This document shows positions 1 through 9,734 of a stretch of 64,000 nucleotides of DNA, piece by piece. The DNA is taken from contig CAWJRG010000005.1 of NCBI GenBank assembly GCA_963845185.1, forward strand, positions 608,001 to 672,000. Direction: 5' to 3'. Every line of letters starts with the position of its first letter. Position 1 is the stretch's first letter. The notes below the pieces were generated by a model. It ran no database searches. It was given only the letters and a program-made list of their open reading frames with translations, and was not told the origin of the DNA. This DNA is from an uncultured bacterium (GTDB taxonomy: Bacteria; Oederibacteriota; PGYV01; CAWJRG01). The position numbers and the translations under genes were made by a program.

Positions 1-103
1 GTTGTTTTTCATGCGGTGCTTTAGCCTTTGTCAGTATTATGCCGCCTGCTATGGCAGCCACAGCAACAGCAAATATAAGGATGATAAGTATATTTTTTTT
101 CAT
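1..103 (-). CDS. 5' fragment of a membrane-anchored protein, probably the RND efflux periplasmic adaptor
   Basis: ATG at 103 overlaps the TolC stop (ATGA). Reads MKKNILIILIFAVAVAAIAGGIILTKAK and runs off the window. Function inferred from position only. Confidence 0.55.
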   Translation of the reverse strand, partial: MKKNILIILIFAVAVAAIAGGIILTKAKAPHEKQ

Positions 104-1368
104 TGTTGTTTTGCCTCCTCCAGCGGTTTGCCGACGAGCTGTTCAAGCATCCTAAAATGCGTTAAATACTCGGTCAGGCGCATATAATAATCCTTTTTCA
201 TGTCCAGCAGCATCCTCTCACTGTCGAGCAGGGTCATAAATTCTATTTTTTTGCTCTGGTATGACGCCATAGCAGATTTCAAGCCTGCTTCGGCCTGTGG
301 TATAAGCTTGTTTTTATAAAGGTCAATGAGCCTGTAATCGGCTTTAATGGTTTCATAATGGTCCTTTGCCTCGTAAACTACCTTGTTCTTCTCGTCCTTA
401 AGGCCGTTGTCCTTTGCTGATGCCGTTTCCAGTTTCTCACTTATATCTGCATGCTGGTTGGCAAAAAACCATATAGGGATTTCAGCTTCTACCATTAGTT
501 CGTAATCGTAACCCGTTGGGTCCATGTTTCTTTTATATTGCAGGGACACATCCGGCAAATAATCTGCTATTGCCAGGTTGTACATGTTGTCCGCAAGTGT
601 TTTATCCGCAGTTGCTGCGCTGACCGATGGCGCCCCTTTTAACACTAGCTCCTTTATCTCGTCAAATCCTGCTTTGAGCTCCGGCACCTGCGGATCCTCA
701 AGGCTATACGCCGTACCGGTCAATAAGGAATCATCTGCAGTAACCTGCCTTAAACGCTGGATGTCCGATTCTTTTTGCTTGTTTAAAGTAAGAAGGCCGT
801 TTTCCAGCAGGTCTGTTTCAAGGTCTGCCTTTATCACATCCTGTTGTGAAACCACGCCCTGGTTATATCTCGCAAACGCAGTGTTTGAAATCTGCTTTAA
901 TAATGCGACTCCCTCGCCTGTTATTCCTATATATTTTATTGTCTTATACAGCTCATAATAAGCCGCCCTGGCATTGTCTATTGTTTCAAATTTTTTCATT
1001 TCATACATGTATTTATAGGCGTCGGTTTCAGCCGCGGCACCGTTTGCTTTCCAGATGTATTTCAGGGGGAAAGGTATCTTTTGCTCAACCACGAAAAACC
1101 TCATGGGCCCTGTGCCCGGGCTCAGCAAAGAAACCTGCCCGTCCATGTAATCCACTCCTGCCATGGGATTTTCAAGGAAAAATTGCTTGTGCCCTTTTGA
1201 CTCAACTGCCCTGGCTGTTTTTTCCGCGGCTATGAGTCCTGGATTGTTTAATACCGCTTTTTCAATGACAGCGGCTTCGGTTAAAACCGTCCGGTCTCCG
1301 GCGAATGCCCCAACCGCAAAAATTAATACCAGTACGGCTGCCGGAATTATAAGAGATATGTTTTTCAT
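100..1368 (-). CDS. TolC/OEP family outer-membrane efflux protein (CusC/CzcC-like)
   Basis: Signal peptide, two OEP-like repeats (AVLNNPGL; EQKIPFPLK; YQSKKIEFMTLLDSER), GGAGG RBS. Confidence 0.85.
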   Translation of the reverse strand: MKNISLIIPAAVLVLIFAVGAFAGDRTVLTEAAVIEKAVLNNPGLIAAEKTARAVESKGHKQFFLENPMAGVDYMDGQVSLLSPGTGPMRFFVVEQKIPFPLKYIWKANGAAAETDAYKYMYEMKKFETIDNARAAYYELYKTIKYIGITGEGVALLKQISNTAFARYNQGVVSQQDVIKADLETDLLENGLLTLNKQKESDIQRLRQVTADDSLLTGTAYSLEDPQVPELKAGFDEIKELVLKGAPSVSAATADKTLADNMYNLAIADYLPDVSLQYKRNMDPTGYDYELMVEAEIPIWFFANQHADISEKLETASAKDNGLKDEKNKVVYEAKDHYETIKADYRLIDLYKNKLIPQAEAGLKSAMASYQSKKIEFMTLLDSERMLLDMKKDYYMRLTEYLTHFRMLEQLVGKPLEEAKQQ

Positions 1369-1463
1369 TTCAATCCTCCGTCAATAAAAGCCGGTATTTT
1401 TCTTGTTCTATTTGTATAAACGCAGGGAAAATGAAAAGCTTGCGGTATAATTTGTCTTTTCAT
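1365..1463 (-). CDS. Putative 32-aa small ORF coupled to the TolC gene
   Basis: GGGAGGAG RBS, ATG at 1463, MKRQIIPQAFHFPCVYTNRTRKIPAFIDGGLK, stop overlaps the TolC ATG (ATGA). Confidence 0.4.
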   Translation of the reverse strand: MKRQIIPQAFHFPCVYTNRTRKIPAFIDGGLK

Positions 1464-1674
1464 CAATTCTCCTCCCATTTTCACGGACGTTATGTTCTCA
1501 ATCGGCAACCTTCAATATTATATAAATAAAAATGCGATAAACAATTTATTGTAATCCTGTTTTTATAGACTTTTATCGCCTATTTATACAGCAAGGCCTC
1601 TGGCCAGGAGATTGAAAAATAATATAACGGAATCGAGGAATTGATTAAGGAAAGGGATAAGATTATCGTTTGAA

Positions 1675-2397
1675 TTAACTATTTTTCCCGGAATTAAATT
1701 TAACTAATTTATCCCACAAAATATTACCTTCATTGTCGCAATATTCAATCGCAAATTCCTTTGTGAATTTATTGATAACTTTTGAATATTCTTTTAAAAA
1801 AGCCGAATTCTTTTCTTTTGCTTTAAATCCAAGGGGTTCAATAATTTCAATATAAAAATTTTCGTCATTCGAAATAAATTCCCAAAACATCTGTCCGCAA
1901 TACTTTAAATAATCGCCTTTATTTGGATTATCATCTATGCCATAGCAGCAACCATTTACAGCAACAATGTTTGAACCTGCTATTCTCTTTGCTTGTTTAA
2001 AATTATCCTTCATTCGTTTAATCTGTTGGCTGTTTCCCCAATTGGGGCCTGATTTAATTGAAACAATATATTTAGTCCCCTTTTTCTCGAACTCCAAATC
2101 AATTCCTTCCGCTTTAGATTTATCGCCTTTAAAAACTTTACTACAAACAAAGATTGCCAGTTTTTCAAGTACACCGCCAAAAATTGCCTCTTCCTGTGAT
2201 GATAGATAAGCGTCAAGAATTGATTGAACTAAATCCTGAGCAGTAGCGATATTTTTCGCTTTAAAGAGATAAGGATTTTTCCGTTTTAATACGTCCTTGA
2301 GTTTTAATTTTAATAAATGCTCAAGTCGTTTTTTGTGAAACTCTTCTATTTGTGGTTCTGTGAATTTTATTATTTCTTCCAATAGCTTTTTTCCCAT
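1675..2397 (-). CDS. Type II restriction endonuclease, PD-(D/E)xK fold (EcoO109I/PmeII-like)
   Basis: KNPYLF, GIDLEF...SIKSGPNWGNS motifs. Follows and overlaps the MTase. Likely start is the ATG at 2397. Confidence 0.75.
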   Translation of the reverse strand: MGKKLLEEIIKFTEPQIEEFHKKRLEHLLKLKLKDVLKRKNPYLFKAKNIATAQDLVQSILDAYLSSQEEAIFGGVLEKLAIFVCSKVFKGDKSKAEGIDLEFEKKGTKYIVSIKSGPNWGNSQQIKRMKDNFKQAKRIAGSNIVAVNGCCYGIDDNPNKGDYLKYCGQMFWEFISNDENFYIEIIEPLGFKAKEKNSAFLKEYSKVINKFTKEFAIEYCDNEGNILWDKLVKFNSGKNS

Positions 2398-3238
2398 ATT
2401 TAACCCTCTTCTCAAGAAGCAAAAGTTCAACTTCTTTTATATGCTCTTTTGCAATTCTTACGTAATCTGATTTAATATCTATACCCACACAATTCCTACC
2501 TAATGCTTGTGCGACTTCACAGGCCGTCCCCGAGCCAACAAATGGATCCAGTACCCAATCATATTCTTTTGTAAATAGTTTAATAAACCATTCGGGCAGG
2601 GCTTTAGGAAATGTTGCGCTATGATTTTTATTTGAGGTTTCTGTTGCCAAATATAAAACATTTGATGGATAAGCTTTTTCCCTGCCTACCCAGTTTGCTA
2701 TATTTTTCCCAAATCCGCTTCCAACTTGGGAATTGAATCTTATTGTATCATTTTTACCCAAGTGTTTAAGTCTTGTTTTAGCCCAATCTCCAACCGGAAC
2801 CATTACATTTTCCTGATACATGTTAAAATTTTTGGTCTTATTAAATTGCAGGCATCTTTCCCACGCGTCACGGAATCTATTGGGCCATTTTCCTGGATGG
2901 CAGTTCTTTTTATGCCAGATAAATTCTTCAGTCCACAACCATCCTTGTTTTATCATTTCCAAAATAAGCTCAATTACATAAGTGTGTCTTTCGCCGTTGG
3001 CGACTTTTTCTTTTATATTTAAAATAAATGTTCCGGTAGGTTTTAAAACTCTCAAAAATTGTTCCGCCCTTGGTAAAAACCATTCAACGTATTTATCAGG
3101 ACTTATTCCACCATAGGTTTTTTCTCTGCTGTCGGCATAAGGCGGGGAAGTAATAATAAGGTCAAAGTAATTATCAGGGTATTGTTTGAGTACCTCTTTA
3201 CAATCCCCCATCTTGATTTCAGCTTTTAATTCTTTCAT
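2321..3238 (-). CDS. Beta-class amino DNA methyltransferase (probably N4-cytosine)
   Basis: Catalytic TSPPY near the N-terminus, HSATFP and the SAM-binding VLDPFVGSGT near the C-terminus. Confidence 0.9.
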   Translation of the reverse strand: MKELKAEIKMGDCKEVLKQYPDNYFDLIITSPPYADSREKTYGGISPDKYVEWFLPRAEQFLRVLKPTGTFILNIKEKVANGERHTYVIELILEMIKQGWLWTEEFIWHKKNCHPGKWPNRFRDAWERCLQFNKTKNFNMYQENVMVPVGDWAKTRLKHLGKNDTIRFNSQVGSGFGKNIANWVGREKAYPSNVLYLATETSNKNHSATFPKALPEWFIKLFTKEYDWVLDPFVGSGTACEVAQALGRNCVGIDIKSDYVRIAKEHIKEVELLLLEKRVKYGKKAIGRNNKIHRTTNRRVSQKTT

Positions 3239-3281
3239 GATTCACCTATATAGAATAAAATCTTTTTTTATTTGTAGAATT

Positions 3282-3310
3282 ATTATAGGTCGAAAAATTA
3301 AAGCAGTCAA
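3282..3310 (-). promoter_or_regulatory. Sigma70-type promoter for the R-M operon
   Basis: TTGACT-N17-TATAAT on the minus strand. Confidence 0.6.
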
Positions 3311-3364
3311 TTGAATTATAAATGAAAAATAATATAAGTGAATAAAATAACTATAAACAATATA

Positions 3365-5092
3365 TTATTCCCTTTTCTTTTCCATCCATTTAATTAAATC
3401 TTTCAACTGCATTGTGTTTATGACGTCTTCTTTCTTTGCCCAGCCCCGCCTGGCGACGCCAATGCCGTAAAACATGTATTTGAACTGCTCTGCCCTGTGC
3501 GCGTCAGTGTTAATCGCGAGCTTGACACCCATCTTTACAGCTTCCCTTACGTAAATGTCTTTTAAATCCAGCCTCACGGGCTGGGAATTTATTTCTATGG
3601 CAGTATTTGTTTTTATTGCCCTGTCAAAAATTTTTTCATAATCAACCTCATACGCTTCCCTTTCATTTATCATCCTGCCGCTGATATGGCCTATGATATT
3701 CAGGTATTTATTGTCCATTGCTACAAGCAGCCTTTGCGTCATTTCTTCTTTTGTCATTTTGAATTTCCTGTGCACTGAGCCTATCACAATGTCGAGCTTC
3801 TTCAGTATTTCCTCGGGATAGTCAAGCGAGCCGTCGTCGAGTATGTCCACCTCAGTGCCTTTCAGAAGAAATGCACCGCTTTGCTTTTTGTTCACCCTGT
3901 CAATCTCTTCAAGCTGCTTCAAAATCCTGTCTTTATCCAGGCCCCTGGCTATTGTCAATGCAGCCGAATGGTCTGTAATTGCCGCGTATTTATATCCTGC
4001 TTTTTTTGCCTCGTCCGCTATTTTTTCTATGCTGTCCGTGCCGTCGCTGTCCTCTGAATGCACGTGCAAATCCCCTTTTATGTCTTTTAATTCGACAAGC
4101 GCAGGAATCCGGTTTTCTTTTGCCGCGTCTATTTCATCCCCGCCAATGCGCAGTTCAGGCGGTATATACTGAAGCCCGAGTTTTTCATATATGCCCTCTT
4201 CGTCTTTGCCGGCTAAAAGTTTTTCCCCCTTGTAAAGCCCGTACTCGTTCAGCTTAAAGCCTTTCTTCACTGCCAGTTCCCTTGTCAGGACATTATGTGT
4301 CTTGTTGCCTGTAAAATATTGCATGGCAGCGCCGTAGCTTTCTTCCTCAACAACCCTTAAATCTGCCTGCATGTCGAAAACCGTGTTTACGCTTGATTTT
4401 TTTTCGCCTTTCGCGATAACATCTTTTACGATTTTCATCGAGCAGAAATCTTCCATCACGCTCTTTGCGTCACTGGCAACAGTCAGGATGTCTATGTCGC
4501 CTACGGTTTCTTCCATGCGCCGCAAACTGCCTGCAACGCTGATTTTTTTGACATGCCTGTTTTTCTCAAGTTCGCTTATTATGGCATCTGCCGCGGCATA
4601 GGCCTCTACGAGCAGTTTCCTGCTGCTGCCTTTTCTATAAAGTTCTATGCCTTTCAGCAGTTTTTCCTCGGTCTTTTCGCCGAAACCTTTTACATCAGCA
4701 AGCTTGTGCGTCTTTAAAAGCTTTTCAAGCTCGCTTACTGTTTTTATCTTGAACTTTTCTCCGATTGTAAACGCGGTTTTCGGCCCCATGCCCGGTATTT
4801 TCAAAAGTGTTTCCAGGCCTTCAGGAAGGCTTGATTTTAATTCGTCGAGGTATTTTAGTTTGCCCGTATCCAAAAGTTCTATTATTTTTTTCGCTATGCC
4901 CTCGCCTAAATGCGGTATCTCCGTGAGCCCTTGCTTGCCTTTTTGCGCGTAAACATCAGATAGTTCCTTGTCATAGCCCGCCAAAAACTGCGCGAGTTTT
5001 TGGTACGCGCGTATCTTGAATTTATTTTCGTTTTTTAGTTCAAGGAGTTCTGAGATTTCATATAGGATTTCAATGATATTGTTGTTTGTCAT
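3365..5092 (-). CDS. polX: DNA polymerase X with PHP domain
   Basis: HhH motifs, AGSLRRMEETVGDIDIL, YFTGNKTHN, and PHP motifs GDLHVHS, ITDHS, NTDAH. Confidence 0.95.
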   Translation of the reverse strand: MTNNNIIEILYEISELLELKNENKFKIRAYQKLAQFLAGYDKELSDVYAQKGKQGLTEIPHLGEGIAKKIIELLDTGKLKYLDELKSSLPEGLETLLKIPGMGPKTAFTIGEKFKIKTVSELEKLLKTHKLADVKGFGEKTEEKLLKGIELYRKGSSRKLLVEAYAAADAIISELEKNRHVKKISVAGSLRRMEETVGDIDILTVASDAKSVMEDFCSMKIVKDVIAKGEKKSSVNTVFDMQADLRVVEEESYGAAMQYFTGNKTHNVLTRELAVKKGFKLNEYGLYKGEKLLAGKDEEGIYEKLGLQYIPPELRIGGDEIDAAKENRIPALVELKDIKGDLHVHSEDSDGTDSIEKIADEAKKAGYKYAAITDHSAALTIARGLDKDRILKQLEEIDRVNKKQSGAFLLKGTEVDILDDGSLDYPEEILKKLDIVIGSVHRKFKMTKEEMTQRLLVAMDNKYLNIIGHISGRMINEREAYEVDYEKIFDRAIKTNTAIEINSQPVRLDLKDIYVREAVKMGVKLAINTDAHRAEQFKYMFYGIGVARRGWAKKEDVINTMQLKDLIKWMEKKRE

Positions 5093-5147
5093 GTTATGCC
5101 CCTAACAATAATAATATAGCTCTTTCTTGTTTTTCTCTAATATTTTC

Positions 5148-6497
5148 TTAAAGCCTATTTACTATAATTTTTTTTCCAGGTAAATATGAACTTATCATTT
5201 GCTCAATCATTAGTTTCTTTAAATTTTCAAATTTTCCTTCAACAAAAACATCTGCATCCATATCTTCCTTATTTTTGCCGATAATTCGAGCAGGAGGAAA
5301 GAAAATATCATCACCAAGAACATGTTTAATCAAAACCTCGCAATGTTTCCTATTTTCTACACTAATAGGCGGTCTAACTCTTAATGTAATTTTATTCAAT
5401 TTATATATAAATAAATTGTCTCTGTGAATGACCTCGTCGTAAAAATTATCACCCATGATTTTTTTTATATCAGGATTTCTTTTCCCTTTTATCGTATTTA
5501 AATTGGCAGAGGAATAATTTGTAATCCCTTTTCCTATTTTTTCACCATTCAGCCCACAGATTTCAACAGCATCGCCAAAATCAAAATTCCCCTTTATGGA
5601 CAAAATACCAACGGCAAGAAGACTTTTATACGATTCTAATAAAGCCTCTTTAGCACCACTATCAATTGTTATCTCACCTTTTATTTTTAACGATGTAATT
5701 ATCCACCTTTTTTTGGAATCAATTTTCCCCTGTTTTTCCATAACCAGCGTGCCTTCTTTTATTCCCAATACTATATGCTCAATGATGCCTTCCTTATTTC
5801 CATTAGCGATTACCAGTGGTATGCCCACATAGTTCAGTTTCTTTGCTATATCAAGTTTAGTTACCATGCCGCCAGTACCGTGCGATGTCATGCCTTCCGT
5901 ATTGATGTTATTTATGGCTTCCTCGATATCTTCTATCACGCTGATTATTTTCGCGTCTTTGTACTTGTCCGGATTTTTGTCGTATATGCCATCAACTGAT
6001 GTCAGGATTATCACCAAGTCTGCGTTTACCAGGTTACCCACAATGCCAGCCAACGTATCGTTGTCACCAAATTGTATTTCTTCAGTCGCAACAGTATCGT
6101 TTTCATTTATTATGGGTATTACTTTCCATTCCAAGAGTTTATTTAAGGTGTTCCTCGCATTGATATTTTTTACCTTATTTTTTACGTCATCATGCTCGAG
6201 GAGCACTTGCGCTACAGAAACGCTGTTTTCCGAAAAAGCAGATTCATAAGCTTGCATGAGCAGTATTTGCCCCATTGCTGCGATTGCCTGCTTTTCAGAA
6301 AGCGCCGTAGGTTTTTTATCAAGTCCCAGCCTGCGCACGCCCAGTCCTATCGCGCCAGAGGAAACTATTATTATTTCTTTCCCCTTGCCATGCAAAGATG
6401 ACAGCTGCGAACACAGGCTCTTTAAAAAAGCCTTTCTTATGCCCTTTGCGTCTGTTAATAGGTTTGTGCCTACTTTTACAACTATCCTTTTATACAT
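5148..6497 (-). CDS. proB: Glutamate 5-kinase with PUA domain and an ~80-aa C-terminal extension
   Basis: RIVVKVGT, VSSGAI, INENDTV, FGDNDTL, GTGGMVTKL, VIHRDNL. Lies downstream of obgE. Confidence 0.95.
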   Translation of the reverse strand: MYKRIVVKVGTNLLTDAKGIRKAFLKSLCSQLSSLHGKGKEIIIVSSGAIGLGVRRLGLDKKPTALSEKQAIAAMGQILLMQAYESAFSENSVSVAQVLLEHDDVKNKVKNINARNTLNKLLEWKVIPIINENDTVATEEIQFGDNDTLAGIVGNLVNADLVIILTSVDGIYDKNPDKYKDAKIISVIEDIEEAINNINTEGMTSHGTGGMVTKLDIAKKLNYVGIPLVIANGNKEGIIEHIVLGIKEGTLVMEKQGKIDSKKRWIITSLKIKGEITIDSGAKEALLESYKSLLAVGILSIKGNFDFGDAVEICGLNGEKIGKGITNYSSANLNTIKGKRNPDIKKIMGDNFYDEVIHRDNLFIYKLNKITLRVRPPISVENRKHCEVLIKHVLGDDIFFPPARIIGKNKEDMDADVFVEGKFENLKKLMIEQMISSYLPGKKIIVNRL

Positions 6498-6545
6498 GTT
6501 ATGCCTCTTTACTATCAGCTTTTATCCCCTTTAACAAAGGGGATT

Positions 6546-6671
6546 CCCCTTCCCCCTTGACGGGGGAAGGCCGGGATGAGGGTAGCGTAGTTACCACTAT
6601 CCACTCATTCCGTTAATGCCGTTTTGCTGCTACTTCACCCTCACCTTTATCCTCTCCCATCGAGGGAGAGG
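6546..6671. repeat. Inverted pair of BoxC-like palindromic intergenic repeats
   Basis: CCCCTTCCCCCTTGACGGGGGAAGGCCGGGATGAGGGT (6546-6583) faces ACCCTCACCTTTATCCTCTCCCATCGAGGGAGAGG (6637-6671). Each has an internal hairpin. Confidence 0.6.
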
Positions 6672-6698
6672 ATATCACTGGCTAAAAGTTTTCTAACA

Positions 6699-7955
6699 TT
6701 ATTCTTCCTCATACACAAAATCCTTATTGCCTATTACAACAATATCGCCTTCCTGTACTCCGTTTTCTTTAAGATAAGCTTCAATGCCGGATTTTCTCAG
6801 GTATTTCCTGAAAACCTCTATTGTCTCAAGGCTTTTAAAATCAAGCATTGCCACGTATTTTTCCGCCTGCTTGCTGGCAAGCCTGAACACACCTGTTTCA
6901 ATTTTCTCAAGAGCCATCCTCTCTGGCGGCTCAAAAACCGCATCAGGCTTTTCCTCAGCCACATCCGGAGGCATGTCTTTTAAAATATTATAAACTTTAT
7001 TCATCACGTTGGAAAGCCCAATTTTTTCCTTTGCAGACACGAATAAAACATCTATTTTCTTCTTTTTAAACAGTGAGCGTATCTTTTTTTTCTCTGCCTC
7101 TGACAGCAAATCAGCCTTATTTATAACCACTACCTGCGGCTTGTCAATAAGCTTTTTATTGTAGGTTTTCAGCTCCTTATTTACTATATTATATGCGGAT
7201 ATTGGCTCCTCCTGTGTGCCGTCTATCAGGTGGATATATACCTTTATCCTCTCAATGTGCCTTAAAAACTCAATGCCAAGCCCTTTGCCTGCTGACGCGC
7301 CCTCGATAAGGCCAGGCATATCTGCCAGGACAAATGAATACGTGTCTGAATATCTCACTATGCCGAGCATTGGCGTCAGCGTGGTAAAGGGATAATCAGC
7401 TATTTTAGGGTGCGCGTTTGACATTTTCGACAGCAAAGTTGACTTGCCCGCGTTCGCGAGGCCTATTATGCCCACATCCGCAAGTATCTTAAGTTCCAGA
7501 ATCAGGTCTTTTTCATCGCCCGGCTCGCCTTTTTCATAAAACCTCGGCGCCTGGTGTGTTGCGGTTTTGAACCTGGCATTGCCCCTGCCGCCCCTGCCGC
7601 CGCCAACCACGTTTATTTTATCGCCATGATGCACGAGATCCTTGATGATATTTTTTGTTTTCGCGTCCCTTATGAGCGTGCCGAGCGGGACTTTTATTAC
7701 AAGGTCCTCGCCGTTCCTTCCGTGCCTGTTGCTTGTGCCGCCCTTGCCGCCGTCGTTTGCATTGAAAATCTGGCGGTAATGGAAATCAATTAAAGTCGTG
7801 AGGTTTTTATCCGCCTCGATATATACATGCCCGCCCCTGCCGCCGTCCCCGCCGTCAGGCCCGCCCTTTGGCACGTATTTTTCCCTACGGAAAGTGGCCA
7901 TGCCGTCCCCGCCTTTTCCCGACCTTACCTTTATTTTTGTGTAGTCTATAAACAT
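6699..7955 (-). CDS. obgE: GTPase Obg/CgtA with C-terminal OCT domain
   Basis: FRREKYVPKGGPDGGDGG, GLANAGKSTL, DYPFTTL, DMPG, NKAD. ATG at 7955 follows a GGAG RBS. Confidence 0.97.
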   Translation of the reverse strand: MFIDYTKIKVRSGKGGDGMATFRREKYVPKGGPDGGDGGRGGHVYIEADKNLTTLIDFHYRQIFNANDGGKGGTSNRHGRNGEDLVIKVPLGTLIRDAKTKNIIKDLVHHGDKINVVGGGRGGRGNARFKTATHQAPRFYEKGEPGDEKDLILELKILADVGIIGLANAGKSTLLSKMSNAHPKIADYPFTTLTPMLGIVRYSDTYSFVLADMPGLIEGASAGKGLGIEFLRHIERIKVYIHLIDGTQEEPISAYNIVNKELKTYNKKLIDKPQVVVINKADLLSEAEKKKIRSLFKKKKIDVLFVSAKEKIGLSNVMNKVYNILKDMPPDVAEEKPDAVFEPPERMALEKIETGVFRLASKQAEKYVAMLDFKSLETIEVFRKYLRKSGIEAYLKENGVQEGDIVVIGNKDFVYEEE

Positions 7956-7995
7956 TTTTTCTCCACGGCTCAAATAATTTTTATTCCGTGGTTGC

Positions 7996-8102
7996 GAATA
8001 CCGTAGGCCTTAGCCTGCGGATGAGCATATCGTGATCAATGCGCGAAGCGAAAACCCATCGGAACAAGAATACCCCGCACCTTGTTGCGGGGATTCTTTT
8101 TT
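7996..8102. repeat. Two REP/IS200-IS605-end-like hairpins
   Basis: GAATA-CCGTAGGC-ctta-GCCTGCGG-AT and GAATA-CCCCGCA-ccttgt-TGCGGGG-AT. The second is followed by a T run. Confidence 0.45.
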
Positions 8103-8155
8103 ATTATAACATAAAATCCTTAAAAACAGTTACAAAGGAACTAATCTTATTTTCC

Positions 8156-8184
8156 TTGCAACCTTTTACCGAAACAAGCATAAT
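8156..8184 (+). promoter_or_regulatory. Sigma70-type promoter for the GH5 gene
   Basis: TTGCAA-N17-CATAAT upstream of a GAGGTG RBS. Confidence 0.45.
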
Positions 8185-8212
8185 AATATGTAAATAACAT
8201 ACGAGGTGACTT

Positions 8213-9733
8213 ATGAAAAAGACATTGATTGCTTTGCTTTTTATTGTCTCAGCAGTCGCACTACCTGTTATGGCCGCTGATAACGCGAACATGGTTTTAA
8301 ATGGCGATTTTTCCGTGGGCAATTCAAACTGGTGGGACTACAAGAACGATACCGGCGCTTATAAAGTATCTGCTGCTGACAAGTGCCTGAAAATCGACAT
8401 TACGGACCCAGGTTCAAATCCATGGTCAATCGGCGTGGGCCAGGGTGACCTGAATCTGGAAAAGGACACTGTTTATACCGTGAAATTTTCCATCAAAGGC
8501 AACCTCCCAAAACCAGTAAGGCTCCTGCTCTCCATGGCAAACGCGCCTTACCTTACCTATTCCGGTACGCATGTGTACACGCTGACTCCAGATTTTAAGG
8601 AATACACTTTCTCATTTACCATGAACCACCCTACCGACGCGAAAAGCAATATCGTGTTCCAGGTCGGAAAAGCAGGTACGGGCAGCGTTTATATAAACAA
8701 TGTCTCTGTCGTAAAAGCAGGCCCTAAAAAAGAGGAAGTAATATTAAAGGATTTCCCTGCTCCTTTTGCCAAAGAGATGAAGCGCGGGCTTAATTTTGGC
8801 AATACGCTTGATGCGCCTGTCGAGGGCGAGTGGGGCCAGGAGCTGCGCGGGGATTATTTTGATATTATAAAAAAGAACGGGAACTTCGACACTGTGCGCA
8901 TACCATGCCGCTGGGAAACCCGCTGCAGCGAAAACCCGCCGTACACCATAGACCCTGCGTTCATGAGGCACGTAGAATGGGCAGTGTCGCAGGCATTGAG
9001 CCGAGGTTTTTACGTTGTCCTGAACATGCACCACCATTTGACATTTGAGAACGAACCGGTCAAGCAAAAAGAAAGATGGCTCTCCATGTGGAAACAGATT
9101 GCCGAACATTTCAAGGACTATCCCGCGAACCTGAAATTTGAAATTTACAATGAGCCCGGCACCCACCTTAGCGACAAGGCAGGCACACTTGAGCAGGCTG
9201 ATATCTGGAACAGCTTGTGGCCAGAGGCATACAGGGTAATAAGGCAGTCAAATCCCACAAGAGATATAGTTATATCAGGCCCGCACTGGGCAAATGTGGA
9301 CAGCCTGCTGTATCTCGAGGTGCCCGCAGATATAGAAAAGGACCCGGACAAAATAATCCAGTTTCATTTTTACTATCCCGTGGATTTTTGCCTGCAGGGA
9401 GCGAACGGAAGCGGCTTTGAAAACTCCAAAGGCATAAGGTGGGGTTCAGACATTGACAAAGACAACATTAAATATAAATTCTATGTGATTACAAAATGGG
9501 CAAAAGAGCACAACTACAGGCTGTGGAACGGGGAATTTTCCTGCTTTGGCGAGGCATCAGTGCCTGCGGACAGGTTCAAGTGGATAAATTATGTGGTCAC
9601 ACAGTGCGAGAAAAACAACATACCTTGGTGCTTCTGGGATTTCGCGGGAGACGTGGGCAAAGTCTATGACCCTGATGCGAATGAGTGGAACCCAAAACTG
9701 TTAAAAGCACTGACAAAGCCAAACGGGTTGTAA
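8213..9733 (+). CDS. Secreted GH5 endoglucanase-like enzyme with N-terminal CBM4/9 module
   Basis: Signal peptide, NMVLNGDFS CBM start, RGLNFGNTLD, TVRIP, LNMHH, catalytic YNEP, HFY, GEF, WD. Confidence 0.9.
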   Translation: MKKTLIALLFIVSAVALPVMAADNANMVLNGDFSVGNSNWWDYKNDTGAYKVSAADKCLKIDITDPGSNPWSIGVGQGDLNLEKDTVYTVKFSIKGNLPKPVRLLLSMANAPYLTYSGTHVYTLTPDFKEYTFSFTMNHPTDAKSNIVFQVGKAGTGSVYINNVSVVKAGPKKEEVILKDFPAPFAKEMKRGLNFGNTLDAPVEGEWGQELRGDYFDIIKKNGNFDTVRIPCRWETRCSENPPYTIDPAFMRHVEWAVSQALSRGFYVVLNMHHHLTFENEPVKQKERWLSMWKQIAEHFKDYPANLKFEIYNEPGTHLSDKAGTLEQADIWNSLWPEAYRVIRQSNPTRDIVISGPHWANVDSLLYLEVPADIEKDPDKIIQFHFYYPVDFCLQGANGSGFENSKGIRWGSDIDKDNIKYKFYVITKWAKEHNYRLWNGEFSCFGEASVPADRFKWINYVVTQCEKNNIPWCFWDFAGDVGKVYDPDANEWNPKLLKALTKPNGL

Positions 9734-9734
9734 T

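Noticed and set aside
6398..6983. ORFs 6398..6616 and 6624..6983
   Set aside because: Translations of the palindromic repeat (SPSPLTGEGRDEG, PHLYPLPSRER) and antisense to proB and obgE.
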